In this document: positions 54,122 to 64,000 of the stretch, piece after piece
Layout: the number at the start of each line of letters is the position of its first letter
Numbering within the stretch: position 1 is the stretch's first letter
Assembly: GCF_009834535.1 (NCBI RefSeq)
Contig: NC_045696.1
Location: 106,022,001-106,086,000 of the forward strand
Source of the DNA: Camelus ferus
Taxonomy: Eukaryota
Length of the DNA: 64,000 nt
Reading direction: 5' to 3'
Position numbers and translations under genes: made by a program
The notes under the pieces: model-generated
What the model was told of the DNA's origin: nothing
Seen by the model: only the letters and a program-made list of their open reading frames with translations
Databases searched by the model: none

Positions 54122-54930
54122 ACCACTCTCTCAAATAGACATATAATGCAAGCCACATATATAATTTTGTAATTTCATGTAACCAGGTTGAAAAGTAAAA
54201 AGAAACCAATGAAACAAATTTATTTTATTTAATATCCAAAATATTATCATTTCAACATATAATCAATAACATCATTAGTTAGATATTTCACATTCTCTGT
54301 TTTCATTCTGTCACTGAAATATGGTATATATTTCAACTTACAGCACACCTCAATTCAGACACAAATTTTCACCAGAAACAATTTGATCTGTATTTAGATT
54401 TCATGAAATTTACAGTTGAAAATAGATTTACAAACCCAAATTGTTCTGAACATACCTAGAAGTTTTCTAGCAACTGAATCAGTTACAAAAAATACTTTTC
54501 CTTTAAACATTTACATCCACTTTTATAAAACTGGCTCATATTTTTAAGAATAATTGATTTGACTTTGAATGAAAGACATACCTGCTTGAAAACTATATCC
54601 AACTTAACTAAATTCACTGACTCTAATTTAGAAGGGTATTGTGAAGTTGAAAAGCCAACACTAAATTTATCAATAGCAAAAATAAATTCTTCAAAATTTT
54701 CTTGTAGTTTTTACAACCAATTTACATGTACTGTCAATTAAAACTAAAATCTTCTACATATTGGCTTAGATAAGGAAAATGTGTAAAATCAACATTGATT
54801 TGTATTGTAAAAGTTTCCATTTCAGTACAAGTTGTCATACCTATTAGCTAGTCACAAATATACTATTCCTTTCTCTGGAGCTTCAGATTTAGCCTACTTA
54901 TATGTGGTGTGATAGTGGTATTGGTGAGAA
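54122..54930. mobile_element. MER33/Charlie-type hAT remnant
   Basis: ataatgcaagccacatat...cagcacacctcaattcagac. Confidence 0.65.
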
Positions 54931-55254
54931 AACATAAATCACATTACCACCATTTTTTGTTTTTGGTCATTGAGCTTTTTTTTTTTTTTGCTTTTCATTT
55001 GTTTATTCATTCAACAAGTGTTTTTTCACCTCCTCTCATGCCCTGTATTCTTCTGGACAGTGAGATACAATGGTGAACAAGACAGGCAAAGTTCTGGTCT
55101 GCCTGGATCTCACATTCCAATTAAGGCATTAGTGAACAAATACATGTTACTGGGTAGTAAGTAGTATGTTCTAATACCATTTTCTGTAAGAATAAGTAGG
55201 AAATTTGCTTATGTTTTAGTTTATATTTATGTTATCAAACCCTTATTGTGTTGA

Positions 55255-55391
55255 TTTATTTATTTTTTTTTGGTGGGGGAAGGTATTTAAGTTTATTCAT
55301 TGATTTATTCTTAGAGGAGGTACTGGGGATTGAACCCAGGACCTCATGTATACTAAACATGCATTCTACCACTTGAGCTATACTCTCCCCC
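55255..55391 (-). mobile_element. tRNA-derived SINE (Vic-1-like)
   Basis: Same consensus; ends 77 nt upstream of a CEP70 exon. Confidence 0.9.
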
Positions 55392-55468
55392 TGATTTGAT
55401 TTTTGTTAGCTAGATGTTTTTCTTTGAAGATAAATTTTTCATAAGAAGTACACTGTATCTTTTCATAG

Positions 55469-55550
55469 GCAATATAAAGAAGATGAAAGTCAGTCAGAAG
55501 ACGACTTCAGAAGTCTGAGTGCTTCACCTACTTATAAAGGCCTTCTAATG
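55469..55550 (+). CDS. CEP70: CEP70 exon [27 protein letters not shown]
   Basis: AG/GT flanks, 82 nt, phase-consistent. Confidence 0.94.
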
Positions 55551-55655
55551 GTACAGGACTGTATGACTGACAAATGCTTTTTTATAAAGTAAAATAATAA
55601 TATAAATAATAATCTCCTAGGAAAGTTAACTATTTTTCTATGAAATGTGTTGCAG

Positions 55656-55744
55656 TCATTACAGAATCAACTTAAGGAATCAAAATCTAAGATAGATGTA
55701 CTTTTAAGTGAAAAGCTGAATCTCCAAAAAGATTTGGAAAGCAG
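55656..55744 (+). CDS. CEP70: CEP70 exon [29 protein letters not shown](R)
   Basis: tgcag acceptor, gtgaga donor, 89 nt. Confidence 0.95.
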
Positions 55745-56817
55745 GTGAGAGAAACTTAAGTCATTTTTATTTAACTTTTATTTTAGTACATACTGATATT
55801 TTGAATGTTTAATAAGTCATTCTAGCCCCTTTTCTCTAAAACTAATGTTGGGAACCTCATACTCTTAAATTCATTTTAGTCAGTAGTCTCTTATATGATG
55901 AAAAAAGTATGTCTACATTGGTAGACAAGGGAAGTGAGAACATAAGAAGATGAAACTGGGTAGGAACTCAGAATAGAATCAGTCTTATACCATCAGATTT
56001 CCCATTTCCAAATTACTTTAGAATGTCTTACTATTTCATCGTATGTCTATCTTGTGGAAGGAGAGGAAAATTAAAAAGTTTAAATGGCATACAACAGAAA
56101 GATTTATTTATATACAGCATTCCTAGCACAAAAGGGTAGCACTCTACCTGTTGACAGAGGGTAGTAAGGAATGCACATTGTTGAGACTTTTTCTCATTCA
56201 ATGAATATTTGTTGAATACCTATGGTAAGTTTGACACTGTCCTAAGCTCTGGGACCAAAACAAATACCTTGTTCTCATAAAGCTTATACTTTAATGCAGA
56301 GGGACTGATGCTTACAGTATAAACCATTTATGTGAAATTTAAAGGCTGCCACATAATAATGTAAATTTATGGTTCTATAAATATGAGGTAAAATTTATAA
56401 AACACATATGGGAATAATGAACAGTAAATCCAGGACAGTGGTTACCTGCCATATGGGAACGGGAGCAGTGACAGTAATAAGGGACAAACATGGAGTTTTA
56501 AGTTTATGTATAAGGTTTTAGTTAAAAAATTTAAAACAAATTGCTATTCAACTTTGATAAGCTTGAGGGGTGGATATTCTTACCTGTACATTTGAGATAA
56601 TTCACTATAAAACAAGTAATAGATTAATAACAATAAAAAAGTTAGAAAATTTTGAACAGGGAATATCCAGTAGCCAATAAATACGTCATTAGCAGTCGTG
56701 AAATATTTTAAGAACTTTTAAGCATATTTGTGACAAGTAATAGGGCATACTCTATTGTTATATATCTTTATAGTTTTATTCAGTAAATTGAACATGTTCA
56801 ATATTTATTTTCTACAG

Positions 56818-56892
56818 GCCTACACAGCATGAATTAAGACTTTATAAACAACAGGTGAAGAAGCTGGAGAAAGCCCTTAAGAAAAACATCAA
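56818..56892 (+). CDS. CEP70: CEP70 exon [24 protein letters not shown](K)
   Basis: ctacag acceptor, gtaatt donor, 75 nt. Confidence 0.95.
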
Positions 56893-58105
56893 GTAATTAT
56901 ATTTTACCAAAGTGGCAAATTTATTAGGATTTTGTATCTTATCATTTATTTTTATTACCTGTCAGCCTAGTGGCAATGGCTTGAAATTACCAGGCTGATG
57001 GGGAGGAAATGACATTAAAAAGGGATATTTCTGGTTTCACAGTTTAAAAAGTTTCTACTGTGTTGGATTTGACTATGTATTAATCTTAAATAAGAACAAG
57101 GAAATGGTGATTGCCTGATATAATAGAGGGCAAAGGTTTTAACTAGAAAATTGTCTTTGGAAGTCATGGAGGAATTGCAAGAGACTTAATTGAAGTTAGA
57201 GGTGACAAACCCCCAATTTTTGTTGGTGTTAGTCATGACCTTAATAATGTGTAGCCTCATCACACTTTAAAACTAAAAGTACCAGTATGAATGCAGTGAG
57301 CCATTCATATCCACTACTTGTATCTCTTATATTTGAAAAGCATGTACTCAGGAGTTTCAAAAAGTTGGTCCTCAAATAGTGATAGTATTTTCTGAAGATT
57401 ATCTATGTGTATACTCTTTGATTTGAGGGACTGGGACTTGATGAAGTAGGGTGGTGAGCATTGGAATGAAATATTTTTTAAATGACATGTGTTAATATAT
57501 GCATTAGATTATTAAATCAGTTGTATTAGTGTATGTTGATTCAATCTTCAGTGACAGCTGTGTTTCCTCCTTCCTATGGCAACACATGCCACAGTGAAGG
57601 GCAAGTATTCTGGACATCCAGGAATTATATATTGAGTTGAATTAAGATAGGAGGGAAGGAAAACTGAAAAAGAAAAGAGAAGTGGAAGTTTTGGAAAGGT
57701 TGCACTCATTCATTCAATTAGTATTTTTTTTCCTTCCTACTTGCTTGACCTTTTGACTGCCTGTAGTATCTTCTCCAGTCTGCTTGGCATTCTGAATATT
57801 GGAATTAACAGTGGTAAACCAATAGAGAAGGTCCCTGCTGTCATGGAGGTTACGTGAAGAGGGAAGGACAATGAAAAAATAAATAGGACAAGTTTGATAT
57901 AGTATAAGTACTAAAGGTAAAATAGTGTGAGCGTTCCTATTGTGTGAATTTGGACAAGAGGTGGTGGTTACATGGACTTGGTCAAAGGTGGCAGAGGTGG
58001 AGGTGGTGAGAAGTGTTTGGAGTATTGGGGGTAAAACTCAGGACTTGGTGATGGATTGGGAATATATAGGCAGCTGAGGGGGCAGAAATCCAGACTCCTA
58101 ACTTT

Positions 58106-58203
58106 TGGGAGTGGGAAGTATAGCGCAGTGGTAGAGCACGTGCTTGGCGTGCACGAGGTCCTGGGTTCAATCCCCAGTGCCTCCATTAAGGGGAAAAAAA
58201 AAA
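58106..58203 (+). mobile_element. tRNA-derived SINE (Vic-1-like, short form)
   Basis: gtatagcgcagtggtagagc...gggttcaatcccc followed by an A tail. Confidence 0.88.
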
Positions 58204-58322
58204 GACTAAGTTTTACCTGAATAACTGGGTAGTTGTTAGTGCATTAAGTAGATAGGAAAATTGGTCAGGAAGCAACTGGGAAAAGGAGGATGTAAAGGAG
58301 ATTAAAAAGTCAGGGAAGAAGG

Positions 58323-58801
58323 TGTAGGGGAGGAAAACTTCTCCTCAGCCCTCTTAGGGGCCCTGGCTGGGCCTGAAAATTGAACTGACAAGACAGATTA
58401 ACATGAGACAAGTGTATAGATTTATTTAATGGAAGTTTTGCCTTACGTGAGAGGAGATGAAGACTCGAAGAAACAGTTAAGCCTAAGTGTTTTTATACTA
58501 GGTTTCATGAAGAGTGGAAAGTTGTGGGAAAATGTGATAGTACAAAAGGGTATAAACCAAGGGTAGTAAACTGGGGGAAACTCAGATTTCTCTTGGCATC
58601 CCTCTGTCTTCAGAGATAAAGATGCTCCTTTCCTCCAGGTACAGGGAGAGCACCTGTCACATGAGGGTTTTATGTCTGCTTCAGGGGAAACGGGGGAGGT
58701 TGAGTCCTTCCTGAACCTGCCCTTTCTCAGATTCCTGCAGCTTAAAATATTTCTTATGTCAAAGTGGCATGTTCTGGAGAGGCATATTCTGATCCCCTTC
58801 A
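58323..58801 (-). mobile_element. Solo ERV1-type LTR
   Basis: TG...CA ends with a perfect 4-bp TSD aagg (58319-58322 / 58802-58805). Confidence 0.85.
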
Positions 58802-58893
58802 AAGGAACCTTAGTGATTTCAGTATATCAGTGAAGATACACACACACATACATACATACATATTAATGCACGTGCTTATATAATAGAGATATC

Positions 58894-59503
58894 CAGTCAT
58901 CCTTCATTATTCACAGATTCCATATTTGTGATTTTGTGAATTTGCCGACCTGCTAAAATTTATTTTTAATCCTTAAATCAATAGTTGTGGCACTTTGGCA
59001 GTCATTCATGCATATGTCCAACACACACATTTCCAGCTGTTGCACAAGGTGATGCTCTGCCTCTCGTTTTGGCTTTCATAATGTAAATAGTCAGTTTTTT
59101 GTTGTCATATGCCACTTTTTTTTTTTTCATTTTTTGCTTCTTGTTGGTGATTTTTCCAAGATGGTCCCCAGGCCTAGTGTCAAAGGTGCTATCTAGTGTT
59201 CTAGACACAAGAAAGCTGTGATGTACCTTACAGAGAATGTCCTAGATAAACTTCATTCAGGCATGAGTTCTAGTGCTGTTAGCCGTGAGTTTAATGTTAA
59301 TGAAACAATATTAAATAAGGTGTCTTTAAACATTAGCACACATAAAACAAAATTATATACTGATCAGCTGAGGAAAATGTGGCCAGAGGCCTGCAGGAAA
59401 CTGACCTTATATCTCCCCTAGGTGTGTGGTTCAGCATTTGCTAATTCAGTGTGTATGGTAGCTTTATAGAACGTAACTGCAACGAATAATGAGAATTCAC
59501 CGT
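58894..59503. mobile_element. Tigger4/MER46-like DNA transposon
   Basis: cagtcatccttcattattcacagattccatatttgtg ... gaataatgagaattcaccg degenerate TIRs. Confidence 0.75.
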
Positions 59504-59987
59504 GTATATATTTTTTGTTGTTCATTTGGGCTCTGGTTTTTAGAGTGACTTTTCTTTAAAATTGTGATTCAGGACCAATCCCTGCTATATTTTTCAGCTG
59601 AATTTTTAAGAAATGATTTGGGTTTTCAGAAATTTAAATTTGGAATTTAAAAAAATCTATTTGTTAATTTGTTTTTAAATTTGGAACTTTTGTAGCATCT
59701 AGATGTGGAACAGAGAATTAGGAATATTAGATACCTTGCCCACATTGCACAGGTGGTACATGGAAGAATTTGGAAAGAAATTAGATCCATACCCTAGCAT
59801 TTGGAATCTCAAGGTCTCACACTCTTAATCGCCAGTTTAGTAATTAGAATCAAACAGAACAACCCAATGAAAAAAATGTTTTCAATGTAAATTTCAGTGT
59901 AAATTTTTTTTCAACCCAATGAAAAAACATTCCAAATTTTTATTTTCTGCAGGGGCAGAGATGGAATATTTTCTCAAAGAACTCCTG

Positions 59988-60554
59988 ATGTTAGTGAAAT
60001 AATTAAAAATAAAAATCTTCTCTCAATCCAACGAATCCTTTCCACATATGTAGAAAAAAATGAAGTTTTATAAACAGTTTTATATAACAGTTGGAATAAA
60101 TAACCATCCGGACTATGATGTGCATTAGAGGCAGTCTAAAGGGATTGCAAAGGCAGAAAGAATATAGCCAGGCAAATATAGTCCCTTACATACATGTGAA
60201 CTGTCTTTATCCAAAGGGGAAAAAAACTCATATATTTATGACAAGCAGTAAGTATCTTAGAACCAGGAGCCTAGGCTAAGCTCCAATAGGGGAAAGGAGA
60301 CAAGGCATCGTCTTCCCTAATGTCCACATTTCAAAGAAGTGGTTCCTAGGTTCCCAAGAAGACATTCCTAGCATATAAAATTAGCAGGAGGCTTATGTAA
60401 ATCATAACAAGATTTACATATTCTTAGACATAGAAACGATTTACAACTGTAAGTTTTCCAAAGGAAATGCTACAAGAAAAGGAAGGGAAAGTCTCTTTCC
60501 CTTTACAACCACAGAAAATTACATTTTTTTCTTTAGATTTGTAGTTACCTTTCA
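59988..60554. mobile_element. ERV LTR remnant (MER34-like)
   Basis: TG...CA bounded segment with MER34-like text; family assigned by eye. Confidence 0.5.
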
Positions 60555-63500
60555 CCTAACCAACCTTCAATATCAATGAGGCTATTAATTTAACATGGAA
60601 AAATTTGGACTCTTCTTGTTTGAGTTAATGTGACAAACAGGTTAGTTATGAAATTTTGTTGCTAGGAAGTGATCAGATAGGTTTGCTATTGCAAGATAAC
60701 TAAGGGTACTAAACTAATTCCATTTAATTTTTCAGTGGTATGGTATTTATATTTTGCCAGAAGAAAATAAAATCAGAATCCCATCACCCTGGTTTTTAAC
60801 TGACAGGAGTTGAGGTGGTCATTTAGGACAATGAGCCAAACTGAAATGAACAATCAAGGCTTTATTCACTTACTTCAGTCATATAAACAAGAGGCCAGAA
60901 AGGAAAGGGCTGGCTCCTCAGTGTTCCGTTTTCCTAATGGAATGACACCAGGCAAGGGTCAGTCAGTGACATGCTGCACAGATGGAAGGAAACATCTCGT
61001 GCCTTGGAGCCCTGAACAAAAGACTCCTGCTATTTCATTGGCCTAGGAGAAGGGCTAGAAGTGGAAAATACTGAGTCAGTGTGGAAAAAAAGTGTTTCAG
61101 TTAAAGCTTCCCACAGCCCACAAAGAGATCTCCAGAACTGGAATCATCACAGGATCATGGAAAGGCTTCAAAACAGTTAAAAGCTCTAAAGTGTCTGCAC
61201 ATAGAAACTTACGGAGATGACTGTAGGAAAGGGGAGACAACACAGTGTTTTAAGTTGAAAGTGCAGTTTTCTGGACTTCCCAGACTCCACAAAGAAACAG
61301 CTGTTGCTTCTGGCTACATGGAATGAGTATTTGCTTAAGTTTGTAAAGAATTTCTTAGCCATCTTTGGGGATTTATTTATGGCCTTAGAGCTCTCCTCAC
61401 TACCCTGGAGACTACAAAACAACCCTCATGTATTTCTGAGTACAGTTATTCTGCTCAAACATAGGTTTCTAAATCACCAATTAAATCATATACAATTGGA
61501 AAATAAGGGAATGATTAACATAGAAGTTGCATTGTTTACATGTGATTTTTTCCTAGGTACAAGGACTTAGAATGGCATTATAGATTAGACTTCAGGATGG
61601 GGGAAATCTTTGCTTATTCAAAGGCAACTGCCCTTTCATCTCTGTTTTAAAATGAGAAACTGCACCCCGGGCTCCCTCCCTGACCCTCAGCATTAGACTC
61701 TAGGCTGAAGCCAAGTTGCACTTCCTCCCTCACCTGTTTTAACCTCAGCTTCTCTGGCCAGGAGCTCCACTTGCATCTTCATAGTCTCAGCATCCTCAAG
61801 CTAACATTTCTGCTTTGTTGTCTGTGCGACCTCTGAACATACTTGAGCTGTCTAACTTGCCTCCTAAGGCACCAATTATTGTTTTTGTTAGTTGTCTAGT
61901 TACAGACCTGCACCGGTTTTAAATAGTCTGGTTTCTAACACTGCTTTTCTCTTGAGCCCTGTTATTTTCACATGTGGTTTTACAAAATATAACGGTTTTC
62001 AGGAGTATAATGCTATGGCAGATATTTACTGTGAGATTAGGTGAACCAAAGGTCAATTTCCCATGACTCTCTGGCTTTAATCCTTGTCTTCTGTAAATTT
62101 AGAAAAACAATGGGGTTAAATAAATTACTGCGTGAGAAGTGCTTAGTTAGAAGAGTTTCTACTTAGAAATACTCAAGAAATACTAATTACCATTATCACC
62201 ATGTTCCCAATGTTAGTTATCGTCGTTATTGAATTAAGATATCTCTTTATTTATCTAGAAATTGGATCACATTTTATTTCCCAGTGACTGTAGTTAGTAC
62301 ATGCAATTATATATTTAGCTTACTGTACTGGCAGTTAAAATGTTATATGTCCATAGTATAATATTTACTAATCGGATTTATAAACAGTTCATTGAAAAGT
62401 TTAACATTTTCACCAGATTAAAAGGTTAAATAACATTTAAATTCGGATATATCCATTTACTTGTAGTCCCACTAGAGAGTATATTGGCTTTTCTATGTCA
62501 CTCTGTGTTCTAGACAATATCCTCTTAGCACTGCCTTTAGGCACAACTGTCAAGTATGTGAATATGGTAAACAGGTAGGATGTCAAGTAGAAAATAGATT
62601 GTGAGATCTTTGTGTCTACTAAAGGAAGAAGGTTTTTACCTGGAGCCAGTTCTATTTATTTTGTTTTTGGCATATTGTTTTGCTGTCACCAGAGAGCAGA
62701 GAAAAGCAGTCAAGGGGAATACATGTGAGTGGAGGAGATAATTGTAGTACAGTAGTAAGAGATGAGGTAAGAAAAGAGTCAGGAGGAATATTGGGTTAGG
62801 ACTAACAGCATAGAGAAGTCCAAATGCTGAGCCAAGGAGGTAAGATTTAGTTCATGAAGCAATGGAAAGCCATTGTTTTTTAGTAGGTAGATGGAATATT
62901 GCTATTCTATTTTAGAAATGGGAAATTGAGCTTACGAATGAGCCATGGAATCAGTTTTATGGGTCAGAGGTCCATAGGAAACAAACAGGCATACTCAAAT
63001 TTAAGAAGGTTAATTTGAAAGGGATTTAATAACAGACTTTTTTCAAAGGCTTAGTGGGTAGGTGGGGAGGAGTGTTTACTACAGCCTGACTTTAGAGATA
63101 TTTGGAGAAGGTCAAGGGTTTGCTAGTAGGTGGATACACTCATATGTTTTTAGGTTTCTGGGCAAAGAGACTCTCCCCTAGAGTTCTGATGCCACCTGGA
63201 ACAATAGTCTTTCGGGTTTCCGTGTCCTCTTGACTGGCCCAGGTATCACTGTTATCTGCTCTTTGGCACAAGTAGAGTATGAAGAAGGAAGGACCAATTG
63301 CCCTGCCCGTAGTTTCTTGCTCCCCTTAACTATAGCCCCCAAGCTTGGAGTACCTTGGACGTTGCTTCCATCCTTTGCTGTAGTTCTTTTCTATTCTGTT
63401 TTTGAGAAGTGTTGCGGGGGAGTGATTAGAACTTTATTCCTCAGTCTGTTTCCTTTTGTTTTCAGAGATTCCTTCCAGTTTGCGATGTGTTGAGAGGAAT

Positions 63501-63701
63501 TTGTTTTCCAGTGACAATATAGTTTAAAATTAAAAAAAATTATATATGAATGTATGCATGTGTGTGCATGCACACACACAGGTATATGTAAAATGACATA
63601 AAGCTGTTGGGAGGGTAACTGGATCATTAGCTCATTTTGTCATCTTAATCCAATGTCTAGTAAAGCATTTTGTATTATCTTGTTATTTTTTTCCCCTTTA
63701 G

Positions 63702-63807
63702 ATTACAAGATCTTATCAGTCAAAAAAAGGCTGATGACAAAAAGGAAAAAGATGAACCCAGCGAAGATAACCAGCAGCAGGCCCTAACTGACCAGAGATA
63801 CTTTCAG
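63702..63807 (+). CDS. CEP70: CEP70 exon [35 protein letters not shown]; gene continues beyond the window
   Basis: cccctttag acceptor, gtattg donor, 106 nt, phase-consistent. Confidence 0.95.
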
Positions 63808-64000
63808 GTATTGAACAGTGGACAGAAAGACTGGTGTTTATAGTGAATCTTGGTTTCCATCACAGTGTAATAAATTATCAGTTGGTAAGGATTATTTTGT
63901 ATCTGTATATGTGTGTGCTTAGCCTGTCTTTCTTGCCATGACATACCTAGTTGGCTTGACTTAGAATTTGTCTTACCCCTGAAAAGAGACCTTGGCCTAA

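Noticed and set aside
57570..57583. Intronic X-box-like cttcctatggcaac
   Set aside because: Isolated short motif expected by chance in 64 kb; no supporting context
58113..58185. tRNA-like sequence with A and B boxes
   Set aside because: Head of a SINE that has five other copies in the window and an A tail; not a tRNA gene
1..64000. CRISPR arrays, operons or other prokaryotic or viral systems
   Set aside because: The sequence is spliced mammalian DNA; no regularly spaced repeat-spacer array and no intact viral ORF were seen

Overview
Mammalian genomic DNA, AT-rich and repeat-dense. It is most likely from a camelid, judging by six copies of a Vic-1-like tRNA-derived SINE. Two protein-coding genes lie head-to-head, each with its own CpG-island promoter about 7 kb apart. 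FAIM is on the minus strand: exon 1 near 10 kb, the neuronal FAIM-L exon at 6256-6314, and coding exons at 4748-4880 and 4163-4391; its 3' exons were not found and probably lie off the left edge. CEP70 is on the plus strand: exon 1 near 17.8 kb and 11 phase-consistent GT-AG coding exons from 19880 to 63807 (370 codons); the gene runs off the right edge. The rest is intron or intergenic DNA filled with L1, L2, MIR, LTR and DNA-transposon remnants. Most ORF-track entries are spurious or decayed L1. I found no convincing novel biological system. The most notable observations are: (i) CEP70 has ATA at the position of human Met1 and an open upstream frame giving a 22-aa longer N-terminus; (ii) a non-exonised counterpart of a human FAIM alternative coding exon, in L2-like sequence; (iii) a possible retroposed mRNA 3' end inside an L1; (iv) an old inverted duplication. 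Gene identities and human comparisons are from recalled protein sequences. Repeat family names are by eye, not from database searches.
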